Origin: Escherichia coli
GTDB lineage: Bacteria > Pseudomonadota > Gammaproteobacteria > Enterobacterales > Enterobacteriaceae
Assembly: GCF_003334765.1 (NCBI RefSeq)
Contig: NZ_QOWT01000002.1
DNA: 64,000 bases
Direction: 5' to 3' (one strand)
Shown here: one piece after another, positions 39,003-50,601 of the stretch
How the letters are laid out: each line of letters begins with the position of its first letter
How positions within the stretch are numbered: the first letter of the stretch is position 1
Translations under genes and position numbers: made by a program
Notes under the pieces: model-generated
The model's input: the letters and a program-made list of their open reading frames with translations, nothing else
Told to the model about the DNA's origin: nothing
Databases searched by the model: none

Positions 39003-39714
39003 GCGCCTGCACCAGCCTTTCAAACAGGCGGTCTGCGATGATCGCCGCCAGTGCCACCAGTAACGCCCCCTGGATCACATACGCGGTATTAAATCCGCTA
39101 AGCCCGATGATGATGGGCGTACCCAGCGTGCTGGCCCCTACCGTTGAGGCGATCGTCGCCGTACCAATGTTGATAATCACCGAAGTTCGCACGCCCGCCA
39201 GAATCACCGGAGCCGCCAGCGGTAGCTCGACCTTACGCAGTCGCTGACCACGACTCATTCCCATACCTTTCGCAACTTCTGTCACGCTGGCATCAATCGC
39301 TCCCAGCCCGGCAAGTGTCGCCTGCAGGACGGGCAGCACACCGTAAAGGATCAAGGCGATAATCGCTGGTTGCAGACCAAAGCCGATCACCGGAACGGCG
39401 ATCGCCAGCACTGCGACGGGCGGAAAAGTCTGTCCAACGGCGGCAATAGTTTCCACCAGTGGGCGAAATTCCGCGCCCCACGGGCGAGTGACAGCAATTC
39501 CGGCACCAGTGCCAATGATCACCGCAAACAAACTCGAAATTCCCACCAGCCAGAAATGAGCCAGTGCCAGAGCTGCAAAACTTTCTTGCTGATAAACGGG
39601 TCGTGGCAGTTGTGGGAACAAGGCAGCAAACAGCGGCTGGCTGTAAGGCAGCCAGAAAATCAGCGCCACAAACAGAGCAATGAGCCAGAACAGCGGATCG
39701 CGCAACATCTTCAT
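38983..39714 (-). CDS. yehW: ABC transporter permease (osmoprotectant uptake)
   Basis: 243-aa hydrophobic ORF in the yehZYXW operon. Confidence 0.88.
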
Positions 39715-39718
39715 ACGC

Positions 39719-40645
39719 TTACGCCTCCTCCAGCAGATCCTGAAAATGCAGCGTGCCGCAAGGCTGGCCCTGCGTGTTCATCACCGGCAGCACCTCGCAT
39801 CCCCGCGCGACAAACAGGGAGAGCGCATCGCGCAGCGTCATCTCTTCTGCCAGTGCCTCACCTTCTGCCCGTTCTTCGCGACGCACGTAATCCGCCACAC
39901 TACGTAACGAAAGCAGGCGCACCCCCAGTTCACTACGTCCAAAAAACTGGCGGACAAAATCATTCGCCGGACGAGTCAGCATCGTCAGCGGATTCCCCTG
40001 CTGCACCACTTCACCGTGATCCATCAATACCAGATGTTCTGCCAGCCTTAGCGCCTCATCAATATCATGAGTGACCAGCACAATAGTGCGCCCCAGCAAA
40101 CGGTGAATGCGCGTCATCTCTTGTTGCAACGCGCCGCGCGTTACCGGGTCCAGTGCGCCAAAAGGTTCATCCATCAGTAAGACTTGCGGATCGGCAGCCA
40201 GTGCGCGCGCCACTCCCACACGTTGCTGCTGACCACCGGAAAGCTGATGCGGATAACGCTCACGCAAATTTGACTCCAGCCCCAGTAGCGCCATTAATTC
40301 GTCGATACGATCGTCAATCCGTGCCCGCGACCATTTTTGTAATTGCGGCACGGTAGCGATGTTTTGCGCCACGCTCCAGTGGGGGAACAGGCCAATAGAT
40401 TGAATGGCATAGCCCATCCGGCGGCGCAACTCCAGTACTGGCAGCGAGCGAATTTCTTCTCCGGCAAAGCGGATCACGCCGCTGTCATGTTCCACCAGGC
40501 GGTTAATCATTTTCAGGGTGGTGGATTTGCCGGAGCCAGATGTGCCAATCAGCACCGAAAAACTCCCTTCCTGAAAATTGAGATTGAGATCGTTAACGGC
40601 TTTTTGTGCGCCGAACAGTTTGCTGACATGGCTAAATTCAATCAT
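39719..40645 (-). CDS. yehX: ABC transporter ATP-binding protein with C-terminal CBS-like region
   Basis: 308-aa ORF; Walker [13 protein letters not shown] signature LSGGQQQRV, Walker B LLMDEP. Confidence 0.9.
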   Translation of the reverse strand: MIEFSHVSKLFGAQKAVNDLNLNFQEGSFSVLIGTSGSGKSTTLKMINRLVEHDSGVIRFAGEEIRSLPVLELRRRMGYAIQSIGLFPHWSVAQNIATVPQLQKWSRARIDDRIDELMALLGLESNLRERYPHQLSGGQQQRVGVARALAADPQVLLMDEPFGALDPVTRGALQQEMTRIHRLLGRTIVLVTHDIDEALRLAEHLVLMDHGEVVQQGNPLTMLTRPANDFVRQFFGRSELGVRLLSLRSVADYVRREERAEGEALAEEMTLRDALSLFVARGCEVLPVMNTQGQPCGTLHFQDLLEEA

Positions 40646-41795
40646 TACGTTTCACCTTCAGCAGTGCGATAAGCAAATCGAACAGCGCGTCGGTAAGCAC
40701 CGCCAGAACAATTACCGGGATCACCCCCAGCAACACTAAATCAATGGCGCTGCTTAGCAGCCCCTGGAAAACCAGCGCACCAAAACCGCCTGCGCCGATT
40801 AACGCCGCAATCACCGCCATACCTACAGTTTGCACCATCACCACCCGCAGGCTGCGCAGAAATACCGGTAACGCCAGTGGTAACTGAACATGCAGGAATC
40901 GCTGCGCCCCGCTCATCCCCATCGCTCTGGCGCTCTCCAGCACATCGCGCGGGATCTGGTTCAAACCGACTACCACGCCGCGCACCAGCGGCAGCAAGGC
41001 ATAGAGCACCAGCGCAATCAGTGCGGGTGTCATTCCGGTTCCTGCTATGCCGAGCTTCCCCAGCCACGGAAAGGCCGTAACCAGCGCGGCAAGCGGCGCA
41101 ATCAACAGGCCAAAGAGCGCCACCGAAGGCACGGTCTGAATGACATTGAGCAGAGAAAAAATTGCCCCCTGCCGCGCAGTGGAAAAGTAGCACCAGATGC
41201 CCAACGGCACACCAATCACTAACGCAGGCAGCACCGCACCAAACAGCAACGTCAAATGCTGTGCCAGCGCGTCGTCAAACACATCCTGACGGTTGGCGTA
41301 TTCTTTCATTAGTGAGAGATCGTTAAGCGTGCCGGAGTACAGCAACCACAGCGGAATAATGGCAATCTGCATATGCAACAACCAGCGCCACAGCGGATGC
41401 GTGGAGATTCGGCGGATGGCATCGCTACAGGCCAGCAATGCCAGCGCCGCAGCCAGCCAGAAACCACTGCCGAGGCTGGTACGCGCCAGCGCACTGCCAT
41501 TTTGCGCCAGTTGGGTCGCCGCCTTTCCTGCTCCCCACACCAGCAATACGAAGACGAATTGCGCCAGAATGAGTGCAAAAATGCTGCCTTTTTTAGCGGG
41601 AATAAAACAGGCTGTCAGCCAGGCGCAACCAACGCCCACCAGCATCCAGATCGTTTGCGGCCACAGTTGCCAGAGATGACGCCCTTCACCCGAGACTAAA
41701 CGATTAGGCGCGTAACTGATAAACGGCAGCGCCGCTGCGATTGCCGTCAGCAACAGCAGCAGCGCCAGAACAGGATTAATACGTAGATAAGTCAC
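40638..41795 (-). CDS. yehY: ABC transporter permease
   Basis: 385-aa hydrophobic ORF; overlaps yehX start. Confidence 0.88.
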   Translation of the reverse strand: MTYLRINPVLALLLLLTAIAAALPFISYAPNRLVSGEGRHLWQLWPQTIWMLVGVGCAWLTACFIPAKKGSIFALILAQFVFVLLVWGAGKAATQLAQNGSALARTSLGSGFWLAAALALLACSDAIRRISTHPLWRWLLHMQIAIIPLWLLYSGTLNDLSLMKEYANRQDVFDDALAQHLTLLFGAVLPALVIGVPLGIWCYFSTARQGAIFSLLNVIQTVPSVALFGLLIAPLAALVTAFPWLGKLGIAGTGMTPALIALVLYALLPLVRGVVVGLNQIPRDVLESARAMGMSGAQRFLHVQLPLALPVFLRSLRVVMVQTVGMAVIAALIGAGGFGALVFQGLLSSAIDLVLLGVIPVIVLAVLTDALFDLLIALLKVKRND

Positions 41796-41801
41796 GGGAA
41801 A

Positions 41802-42719
41802 TTACTTCGTCCACCCTTTTTGTTTCAGGTAGTCGGCAGCCACTTTTTTGGCATCCAGTCCTTCCACTGCAATGCTGGCATTCAGTTGCTGCAATGTTTT
41901 TGCATCGAGGCTGGCGAAGACTGGCTGTAGCCACTGTGCCATTTGCGGATACTCTTTCAGCACCGACTCACGCACCACTGGTGCAGGCGCGTAGATAGGT
42001 TGCACGCCTTGCGGATCGCTTAAGGTTTGCAGCCCCAGCGCCGCGACCGGACCGTCAGTGCCGTAAGCCATTGCGGCATTAACGCCAGAAGTTTGCTGGG
42101 CAGCGGCTTTAATCGTTACCGCCGTGTCGCCGCCAGCCAGTGACAGTAACTGATCCTGATCGAGTTTAAAGTCGTAGGCTTTTTCAAACGCGGGTAACGC
42201 ATCGGCGCGTTCGATAAACTCTGCCGAGGCTGCCAGTTTGAAGGTGCCGCCCTCTTTCAGATAACGACTCAGGTCAGCAAGCGAAGTGAGTTTGTTTTTC
42301 TCTGCCACATCCTGACGCACGGCGATGGTCCAGGTGTTATTCGCTGGTGCGGGCGTCAGCCAGATTAACTTGTTTTGCTCTGCATCGAGTTTTTTGACTT
42401 TCTCGTAACCTTGCTGCGCGTTTTTCCATGCCGCATCGTTTTCATCTTTAAAGAAGAAAGCGCCATTGCCGGTATATTCCGGATAGATATCCAGTTCACC
42501 GGAAGTAATCGCCCCGCGCACCACAGGAGTCGTTCCAAGTTGCACTTTATTGACCGTTGGTACGCCGTGGCTTTCGAGTACTTGCAAAATGATATTGCCG
42601 AGCAGCGCGCCTTCGGTATCGATTTTTGAACCGACTTTAACGGGGGAAGCCGCGTGCAGCGGCAGGCTCACGGCTGCCAACAAAACCAGTGAACCTGCCC
42701 AGACCTTTGAGAGTGGCAT
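41802..42719 (-). CDS. osmF: Periplasmic glycine-betaine-binding protein OsmF (YehZ)
   Basis: 305-aa ORF with signal peptide MPLSKVWAGSLVLLAAVSLPLHA. Confidence 0.88.
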   Translation of the reverse strand: MPLSKVWAGSLVLLAAVSLPLHAASPVKVGSKIDTEGALLGNIILQVLESHGVPTVNKVQLGTTPVVRGAITSGELDIYPEYTGNGAFFFKDENDAAWKNAQQGYEKVKKLDAEQNKLIWLTPAPANNTWTIAVRQDVAEKNKLTSLADLSRYLKEGGTFKLAASAEFIERADALPAFEKAYDFKLDQDQLLSLAGGDTAVTIKAAAQQTSGVNAAMAYGTDGPVAALGLQTLSDPQGVQPIYAPAPVVRESVLKEYPQMAQWLQPVFASLDAKTLQQLNASIAVEGLDAKKVAADYLKQKGWTK

Positions 42720-42854
42720 GATGCTTTCCTCATTCTTTTACTGTTGTTTTCAGCGAATTAAGAGAAAAGCATAGTTGATAATGACAGAGTTAGCCTGAGC
42801 GGAAGGATTCAGTTGCAGAATCAGATAAATACTTAAAGGGCATATTTTGCCCGG

Positions 42855-42900
<46 letters not shown>

Positions 42901-42970
42901 GGCGAAAATTCAGCAAGTTAAGATATGAACATCAGGCAAAGGGCGCAAACGTCGCGCCCTTACTAAAGCA

Positions 42971-45268
42971 TTACAGCAACTCAAACTCGCCTTTCTTAAC
43001 GCGTGCGGAATCAGTGCCGATAAAGACATTGAACTTGCCAGGCTCGGCGTCATATTTCATCTGTTGATTCCAGAACTTCAGCGCCTCGATATCAATCGGG
43101 AAGCTAACGGTCTGAGTTTCGCCCGGTTTCAGGGTGATTTTCTCAAAGCCTTTCAGCTGTTTCACCGGACGACTCATGGAAGCCGTCACATCCTGCAAGT
43201 ACATCTGCACTACCGTGGCCCCTTCGCGTTTACCGGTGTTCGTCACCTGCACGCTGGCCGTCACTTTGCCGTCACGCTTCATGGTCGGCGCAGAAAGTTT
43301 CACATCAGAGACGGTGAAAGTGGTATAGCTCAGACCATAGCCGAACGGATAAAGCGCCCCGTTAGCTTCATCAAAATAACGCGAAGTGTATTTGTTCGGC
43401 TTGTCGGCATTATACGGACGACCGGTGTTCAGATGGCTGTAGTACACCGGGATCTGCCCGACAGAACGCGGGAAGGACATCGGCAGCTTGCCGGACGGGT
43501 TGTAATCGCCAAACAACACATCGGCAATTGCATTACCGCCTTCAGTCCCCGCAAACCAGGTTTCCAGAATCGCATCAGCCTGCTGATCTTCTTTCACCAG
43601 CGCCAGCGGACGCCCGTTCATCAGCACCAGCACCAGCGGTTTACCGGTGGCTTTCAGCGCCGCAATCAAGTCACGTTGGCTTTGCGGAATAGTAATATCG
43701 GTACGGCTGGAGGCCTCGTGCGCCATCCCCTGTGCTTCACCGACTACAGCCACCACCACATCAGATTGTTTCGCCGTCTGCACCGCTTCATCAATCATCT
43801 CTTGCGGCGAACGCGGATCGACTTTGACCGCTTCTTCATACTGATTCAGGAAATCGATAATGCCTTTGTCACTGGTAACGTTCGCCCCTTTGGCATACAG
43901 CACTTTACCGTTTTCACCGACGGCATTTTTAATCCCGGTCAGCACGGTCACGGATTGATCTGCAACACCTGCCGCCGACCAGCTTCCCATCACGTCACGC
44001 TTGCTGTCTGCCAGCGGGCCAACCACCGCAATGGTTGCGGATTTTTTCAGCGGTAACGTTTCGAGACGGTTTTTCAGCAACACCAGGCTTTCACGCGCCA
44101 CTTCACGCGCTTCTTTGCGGTGCAGGCGGCTTTCGGCATTGGTATCCACCGGGTCAGACTCTTTCGGACCGAGATGGCTGTATGGGTCGTTAAACAACCC
44201 CATATCATATTTAACGTTCAGTACATGGCGGGCAGCATCGTCCAGCTCTGCCATCGTCACTTTACCGGATTTAATCAACCCAGGCAGATACTTCGAGTAG
44301 TACTCGTCGCTCATACTCATGTTGATTCCGGATTTCAGCGCCACGCGCACCGCATCTTCCGGGTCTGCCGCCGTGCCATGTTTAATCAGCTCTTTGATTG
44401 CACCGTGATCGGAAACGGTGATGCCTTTAAAGCCCCACTGGTCGCGCAGAACATCTTTCAGCAGCCAGGAATCGGAGGTGGCTGGCGTGCCGTTCAGCGA
44501 GTTCAGCGCCACCATCACCGCGCCGCTGCCTGCGTCCAGCCCCGCTTTGTACGGCGGCATATAATCATTAAACAGGCGCTGCGGACTCATATCGACGGTG
44601 TTGTACTCTTTACCGCCTTCTACCGCACCGTATGCGGCAAAGTGTTTGACGCTGGTCATCACCGAGTAGCGATCTGCCGGGCTTTTACCCTGCATCGCTT
44701 CCACCATGGTTTTACCCATTATTGAGGTGAGATACGTATCTTCGCCAAAACCTTCGGAAGCACGTCCCCAGCGCGGATCGCGCGAGACATCGACCATCGG
44801 TGCCCAGGTCATATTCAGGCCATCATCTGCCGCTTCATAAGCAGAGACACGTCCGACCGTTTTCACTGCATCGAGGTTAAAAGACGAGGCCAGACCGAGG
44901 CTAATCGGGAACACCGTGCGCTGACCGTGCAGCACGTCGTAAGCAAAGAAAAGAGGAATTTTCAGGCGGCTTAATTCCATCACCTGATCCTGCATGGCGC
45001 GGATATCCTGACGGGTTACGGTGTTGAAAATCGCCCCAACCTGACCGTCTTTGATCATCTCGCGGATCGCCTCTTTCGGGTTATCCGGGCCGACGCTGAT
45101 TAAGCGCAGCTGACCAATTTTCTCATCAACTGTCATTTTCTTAAGCAGTTCGGTGACGAACGCATCCCGCGCTTCGGGCGTTAATGGATGGTTGCCGAAT
45201 AAATCATCCGCCAGTGCTGGCTGCAGGGCCAGACTCACCGCGATTCCTACTGAACATAGCCATTTCAT
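42971..45268 (-). CDS. bglX: Periplasmic beta-glucosidase (GH3)
   Basis: ORF 42971..45340; start set at MKWLCSVGIAVSLALQPALA (765 aa). Confidence 0.9.
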   Translation of the reverse strand: MKWLCSVGIAVSLALQPALADDLFGNHPLTPEARDAFVTELLKKMTVDEKIGQLRLISVGPDNPKEAIREMIKDGQVGAIFNTVTRQDIRAMQDQVMELSRLKIPLFFAYDVLHGQRTVFPISLGLASSFNLDAVKTVGRVSAYEAADDGLNMTWAPMVDVSRDPRWGRASEGFGEDTYLTSIMGKTMVEAMQGKSPADRYSVMTSVKHFAAYGAVEGGKEYNTVDMSPQRLFNDYMPPYKAGLDAGSGAVMVALNSLNGTPATSDSWLLKDVLRDQWGFKGITVSDHGAIKELIKHGTAADPEDAVRVALKSGINMSMSDEYYSKYLPGLIKSGKVTMAELDDAARHVLNVKYDMGLFNDPYSHLGPKESDPVDTNAESRLHRKEAREVARESLVLLKNRLETLPLKKSATIAVVGPLADSKRDVMGSWSAAGVADQSVTVLTGIKNAVGENGKVLYAKGANVTSDKGIIDFLNQYEEAVKVDPRSPQEMIDEAVQTAKQSDVVVAVVGEAQGMAHEASSRTDITIPQSQRDLIAALKATGKPLVLVLMNGRPLALVKEDQQADAILETWFAGTEGGNAIADVLFGDYNPSGKLPMSFPRSVGQIPVYYSHLNTGRPYNADKPNKYTSRYFDEANGALYPFGYGLSYTTFTVSDVKLSAPTMKRDGKVTASVQVTNTGKREGATVVQMYLQDVTASMSRPVKQLKGFEKITLKPGETQTVSFPIDIEALKFWNQQMKYDAEPGKFNVFIGTDSARVKKGEFELL

Positions 45269-45463
45269 ATGGATTTTTCTTCCTTTGTTGCCCGACGTGG
45301 CAGCGAAAATGGTGCAAAAACCGTAGTTTGCCATAAGCATGATGGAGAGAGAAAAAGAATGCTCAGTTTATTGTCTGAATTTTCAAAATATTCACTCGCT
45401 GAATTGTTATACAAGGCGCTATTCTAGTTTGTGATATTTTTTCGCCACCACAAGGAGTGGAAA

Positions 45464-47179
45464 ATGTCTTCCATGACAACAACTGATAATAAAGCCTTTT
45501 TGAATGAACTTGCTCGTCTGGTGGGTTCTTCACACCTGCTCACCGATCCCGCAAAAACGGCCCGCTATCGCAAGGGCTTCCGTTCTGGTCAGGGCGACGC
45601 GCTGGCTGTAGTTTTCCCTGGCTCACTACTGGAATTGTGGCGGGTGCTGAAAGCCTGCGTCACCGCCGACAAAATTATTCTGATGCAGGCCGCCAATACA
45701 GGCCTGACCGAAGGATCGACGCCAAACGGTAACGATTATGATCGCGATGTCGTTATCATCAGCACCCTGCGTCTCGACAAGCTGCACGTTCTTGGCAAGG
45801 GCGAACAGGTGCTGGCCTATCCGGGCACCACGCTCTATTCGCTGGAAAAAGCCCTCAAACCGCTGGGACGCGAACCGCACTCAGTGATTGGATCATCGTG
45901 TATAGGCGCATCGGTCATCGGCGGTATTTGTAACAACTCCGGCGGCTCGCTGGTGCAACGTGGCCCGGCGTATACCGAAATGTCGTTATTCGCGCGTATA
46001 AATGAAGACGGCAAACTGACGCTGGTGAACCATCTGGGGATTGATCTGGGCGAAACGCCGGAGCAGATCCTTAGCAAGCTGGATGATGATCGCATCAAAG
46101 ATGACGATGTGCGTCACGATGGTCGTCACGCCCACGATTATGACTATGTCCACCGCGTTCGTGATATTGAAGCCGACACGCCCGCACGTTATAACGCCGA
46201 TCCTGATCGGTTATTTGAATCTTCTGGTTGCGCCGGGAAGCTGGCGGTCTTTGCAGTACGTCTTGATACCTTCGAAGCGGAAAAAAATCAGCAGGTGTTT
46301 TATATCGGCACCAACCAGCCGGAAGTGCTGACCGAAATCCGCCGTCATATTCTGGCTAACTTCGAAAATCTGCCGGTTGCCGGGGAATATATGCACCGGG
46401 ATATCTACGATATTGCGGAAAAATACGGCAAAGACACCTTCCTGATGATTGATAAGTTAGGCACCGACAAGATGCCGTTCTTCTTTAATCTCAAGGGACG
46501 CACCGATGCGATGCTGGAGAAAGTGAAATTCTTCCGTCCGCATTTTACTGACCGTGCGATGCAAAAATTCGGTCACCTGTTCCCCAGCCATTTACCGCCG
46601 CGCATGAAAAACTGGCGCGATAAATACGAGCATCATCTGCTGTTAAAAATGGCGGGCGATGGCGTGGGCGAAGCCAAATCGTGGCTGGTGGATTATTTCA
46701 AACAGGCCGAAGGCGATTTCTTTGTCTGTACGCCGGAGGAAGGCAGCAAAGCGTTTTTACACCGTTTCGCCGCTGCGGGCGCAGCAATTCGTTATCAGGC
46801 GGTGCATTCCGATGAAGTCGAAGACATTCTGGCGTTGGATATCGCTCTGCGGCGTAACGACACCGAGTGGTATGAGCATTTACCGCCGGAGATCGACAGC
46901 CAGCTGGTGCACAAGCTCTATTACGGCCATTTTATGTGCTATGTCTTCCATCAGGATTACATAGTGAAAAAAGGCGTGGATGTGCATGCGTTAAAAGAAC
47001 AGATGCTGGAACTGCTACAGCAGCGCGGCGCGCAGTACCCTGCCGAGCATAACGTCGGTCATTTGTATAAAGCACCGGAGACGTTGCAGAAGTTCTATCG
47101 CGAGAACGATCCGACCAACAGCATGAATCCGGGGATCGGTAAAACCAGTAAACGGAAAAACTGGCAGGAAGTGGAGTAA
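45464..47179 (+). CDS. dld: FAD-dependent D-lactate dehydrogenase
   Basis: ORF 45431..47179; start at MSSMTTTDNKAFLNELARLVG with RBS aaggag (571 aa). Confidence 0.9.
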   Translation: MSSMTTTDNKAFLNELARLVGSSHLLTDPAKTARYRKGFRSGQGDALAVVFPGSLLELWRVLKACVTADKIILMQAANTGLTEGSTPNGNDYDRDVVIISTLRLDKLHVLGKGEQVLAYPGTTLYSLEKALKPLGREPHSVIGSSCIGASVIGGICNNSGGSLVQRGPAYTEMSLFARINEDGKLTLVNHLGIDLGETPEQILSKLDDDRIKDDDVRHDGRHAHDYDYVHRVRDIEADTPARYNADPDRLFESSGCAGKLAVFAVRLDTFEAEKNQQVFYIGTNQPEVLTEIRRHILANFENLPVAGEYMHRDIYDIAEKYGKDTFLMIDKLGTDKMPFFFNLKGRTDAMLEKVKFFRPHFTDRAMQKFGHLFPSHLPPRMKNWRDKYEHHLLLKMAGDGVGEAKSWLVDYFKQAEGDFFVCTPEEGSKAFLHRFAAAGAAIRYQAVHSDEVEDILALDIALRRNDTEWYEHLPPEIDSQLVHKLYYGHFMCYVFHQDYIVKKGVDVHALKEQMLELLQQRGAQYPAEHNVGHLYKAPETLQKFYRENDPTNSMNPGIGKTSKRKNWQEVE

Positions 47180-47216
47180 AAATTACGGATGGCAGAGTAT
47201 CGCCATCCGAATTCAC

Positions 47217-48149
47217 TTAATCGTTCTGTGCCGTCTGCCCCGCCGCCGCCATTTGGGCGGCTTTTTGTTTTTTATAGCTCAACGCTGCTGCCGGCACAGG
47301 CATCACTTTACCGGTTTCAATCCAGGTACGCAGGCGGCTGGCATCGGCAAAATGGGTATATTTGCCAAACGCGTCCATCACTACCAGCGCCACCGGTTTA
47401 TTATTGATAACCGTACGCATCACCAGACAATGGCCCGCCGCATTGGTAAAGCCGGTTTTGGTTAACTGAATATTCCAGTTATCGCGATACACCAGATGAT
47501 TAGTATTGCGGAACGGCAGCGTATACGTCGGATTAGAGAAGGTTGCCATATCTTCCCGGGTAGTACTTAACTGCCCGATCAACGGATATTGTTTGCTGGC
47601 AATGAGCAGTTTGGTTAAGTCACGGGCAGTTGAAACGTTATGCACCGACAATCCGGTAGGTTCAACAAAGCGCGTGTTGTTCATTCCGAGCGATTTCGCT
47701 TTCGCATTCATTGCCTTAATAAAGGCTTTGTAACCACCGGGATAATGGTGCGCAAGGCTTGCCGCCGCGCGGTTTTCTGAAGACATCAGCGCCAGCAACA
47801 GCATATCTTTACGGCTGATTTCGCTATTCAGTCGTACGCGCGAATAGACCCCTTTCATCTCCGGCGTCTGGCTGATATCCACTTTTAGTTTTTCATCCAG
47901 CGGCAGTCGTGCATCCAGCACAACCATCGCGGTCATTAATTTGCTGATAGACGCAATCGGACGCACCAGATCCGGGTGGTTCGAATAGATCACTTTGTTG
48001 GTATTCAGATCAACAATCATCGCGCTACCGGAGGCAATTTCCGGTTGTGAAGCGGTGGTAGCGGCTGCCGTTTTCGCAACGGCCTGCGGTGCAAAAGGCA
48101 CAGCCAGCATCAGGGCCAGGCTAAATAAAGAAACTCGAAATTTCGGCAT
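47217..48149 (-). CDS. pbpG: D-alanyl-D-alanine endopeptidase PBP7
   Basis: ORF 47217..48158; signal peptide; SISK active-site motif ([13 protein letters not shown]). Confidence 0.85.
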
Positions 48150-48322
48150 GATGAGCATTCAGATAGTGGTTCACGCGCACGGGTTGCGCACCGCCGGAGT
48201 AAGGATTTACTGAGGCTAGCGACGCCATCATAACGAGCAAAAAGTGCGATCGTCAAAGGAGAATCGTGAGGAAATGCTGCATTGCTGACATTTACGCCAG
48301 CAATGCAACGTCAAAGAACTTT

Positions 48323-48910
48323 CTAGAACAAACGATAACCGTAGCCCCATAGTATAACGGTTAGGGCGAGCAGCACTTCCAGTACCAGCACGCCAATCGC
48401 CAGCGTCGAACTAGAGAAGCTAAGGCCTTCCTCTTTGTTGATATTCAGGAAGCTCGGAATACCAAGGTAAAGCAGGTAGCCGGTGTAAAACAGCGCCACC
48501 GTGCCGACCAGCGCACACAACCAGACCAGTGGATAAAGCGCCACCAGACCGCTTAAAAACAGCGGAGTTGCAACGTAGCCCGCGAAGACCATGCAGTGCG
48601 CAAGTGACGGACGCTGCGGATAATTACGCGCCATCCACCAGATGACCCGCCCCATCACCGCGACCCCAGCCAGCATAACGCCGTAAAACAAGACAGCCAG
48701 CGCCAGTCCGGTAAACCAGGATAACTTCAGGATAGTGCCATCGCCAAAATTCCAGCCAATCTGTGTAGTGCCAATGAAGGCGCAAATCACCGGAATCGCC
48801 GCCATCAGCAAAACGTGGTGGGTGTAATGGTGAGAAATCGTTTCGTTTTCGCGATTAATCACCTGCATTTCACGATCGGGATGGGAAAACAGTCCCCAGA
48901 CATGGCTCAT
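48323..48910 (-). CDS. yohC: Inner membrane protein (Yip1-family)
   Basis: ORF 48323..48934; start at MSHVWGLFSHP; multi-TM. Confidence 0.78.
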   Translation of the reverse strand: MSHVWGLFSHPDREMQVINRENETISHHYTHHVLLMAAIPVICAFIGTTQIGWNFGDGTILKLSWFTGLALAVLFYGVMLAGVAVMGRVIWWMARNYPQRPSLAHCMVFAGYVATPLFLSGLVALYPLVWLCALVGTVALFYTGYLLYLGIPSFLNINKEEGLSFSSSTLAIGVLVLEVLLALTVILWGYGYRLF

Positions 48911-49079
48911 ACCGCCCCCTTGTTGTGAGTTCATGAACCTGACAGTTCAAGTATAAGTCAGCTTGTGATTATTTTTTGTTCGCCCATGTAATTTTCACTG
49001 TCTGATGAACGTCCTTTTTCAGCGTGAATGATTCACAGGGTGTATGCTTACTGGCAACCAAAGGGAGACAGACTGGCCT

Positions 49080-49658
49080 ATGGATCTCAATACACTTATC
49101 TCACAATATGGTTATGCCGCGCTGGTGATCGGTAGCCTGGCGGAAGGTGAAACCGTGACTTTGCTGGGAGGCGTTGCGGCGCATCAGGGGCTATTAAAGT
49201 TCCCGCTGGTGGTACTTTCTGTGGCGCTTGGCGGCATGATTGGCGACCAGGTGCTCTATCTGTGCGGGCGGCGGTTTGGCGGCAAGCTGTTACGCCGTTT
49301 CTCGAAACATCAGGATAAAATTGAGCGGGCGCAGAAACTTATCCAACGCCATCCGTATCTGTTTGTCATTGGTACGCGCTTTATGTATGGCTTTCGGGTG
49401 ATTGGCCCGACGCTGATTGGTGCCAGCCAGCTGCCGCCGAAAATCTTTCTGCCGCTGAATATTCTCGGCGCATTTGCCTGGGCGTTGATTTTTACCACTA
49501 TTGGTTACGCTGGTGGTCAGGTGATTGCGCCGTGGTTGCACAATCTCGACCAGCATTTGAAGCACTGGGTCTGGTTGATTCTGGTCGTGGTTCTGGTGGT
49601 GGGCGTGCGCTGGTGGCTGAAACGACGCGGGAAGAAAAAGCCGGATCATCAGGCGTAA
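49080..49658 (+). CDS. yohD: DedA-family inner membrane protein
   Basis: ORF 49044..49658; start at MDLNTLISQYGYAALVIGSL. Confidence 0.8.
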   Translation: MDLNTLISQYGYAALVIGSLAEGETVTLLGGVAAHQGLLKFPLVVLSVALGGMIGDQVLYLCGRRFGGKLLRRFSKHQDKIERAQKLIQRHPYLFVIGTRFMYGFRVIGPTLIGASQLPPKIFLPLNILGAFAWALIFTTIGYAGGQVIAPWLHNLDQHLKHWVWLILVVVLVVGVRWWLKRRGKKKPDHQA

Positions 49659-49787
49659 AACCATTGCCCTGGATAAGGCGTTCGCGCCGCATCCGACATC
49701 CGGAGTACCATGCCTGATACGACGCTTGTGCGTCTTTTCATGCCGACCAAAATATTACCCAATGAAATATCCACGCACCTCACTGCG

Positions 49788-50549
49788 CTATTCTGGGTTG
49801 AACTGTGGATTCGCCAACATAAAGCCGCCATCCACTATCAACGACTGCCCGGTGGTGTAATTTGCGCCCTCCGAACAAAGCCACACCACCAGGCTGGCAA
49901 TCTCATGCGTTGCGCCAAAACGCCGCAAGGGAATCGAAGGCTCCGCGTCGGGCTTCACGTCGCTGTCATCCATGCCATTCATTGGCGTGGCGATCGCCCC
50001 AGGCGCGACTGCGTTCACCAAAATCTTATGCCTGACCAGCTCCAGCGCCATCGCTTTGGTTAACCCACCGAGCGCATGTTTAGCGGCTGTGTAGGCGCTG
50101 GCATCCGGCAGCGGCGTATGTTCATGTACCGACGTAATGTTGATGATGCGACCGCCCTGCCCTTGTTTCACCATCTGACGAGCCGCAATTTGCGAGCATA
50201 AGAATGCACCATCGACATCAACGGTAAAAATCTTGCGCCACTCATCAAAAGCCATATCAAGAAACGGCGCTTTGGTCATTGCACCCGCATTATTCACCAG
50301 CACATCAATGCGCCCCAGCCGTTGAATGAGTTTCTCCAGCGCCAGTGCCCCTTCTGGTAGATTGCCGAGATCCAGCTGCACGATCTCCGCACGTACGCCG
50401 TGGCTAACTACCTCACGCGCGGTATCTTTTGCCCCTTCTTCATCTGAGTGCCAGGTAATACCAATATCAAACCCCTGCTGCGCCAGTAATAACGCGCACT
50501 CTTTGCCGATCCCCGAATCGGAGGCGGTAATAATCGCAACCTGTGCCAT
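49788..50549 (-). CDS. yohF: Short-chain dehydrogenase/reductase
   Basis: ORF 49788..50561; start MAQVAIITASDSGIGKECA (Rossmann TGxxxGxG), NAG and YxxxK motifs. Confidence 0.85.
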   Translation of the reverse strand: MAQVAIITASDSGIGKECALLLAQQGFDIGITWHSDEEGAKDTAREVVSHGVRAEIVQLDLGNLPEGALALEKLIQRLGRIDVLVNNAGAMTKAPFLDMAFDEWRKIFTVDVDGAFLCSQIAARQMVKQGQGGRIINITSVHEHTPLPDASAYTAAKHALGGLTKAMALELVRHKILVNAVAPGAIATPMNGMDDSDVKPDAEPSIPLRRFGATHEIASLVVWLCSEGANYTTGQSLIVDGGFMLANPQFNPE

Positions 50550-50601
50550 CGAGTTCTCCACTTAACGCTGAATAAACGTTAAGTATAGAAGGCGCATATC
50601 A

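Noticed and set aside
43064-44056. 330-aa plus-strand ORF antisense to bglX (also 44120..44725)
   Set aside because: Fully embedded antisense to bglX; His/Arg-rich, no recognisable motifs.
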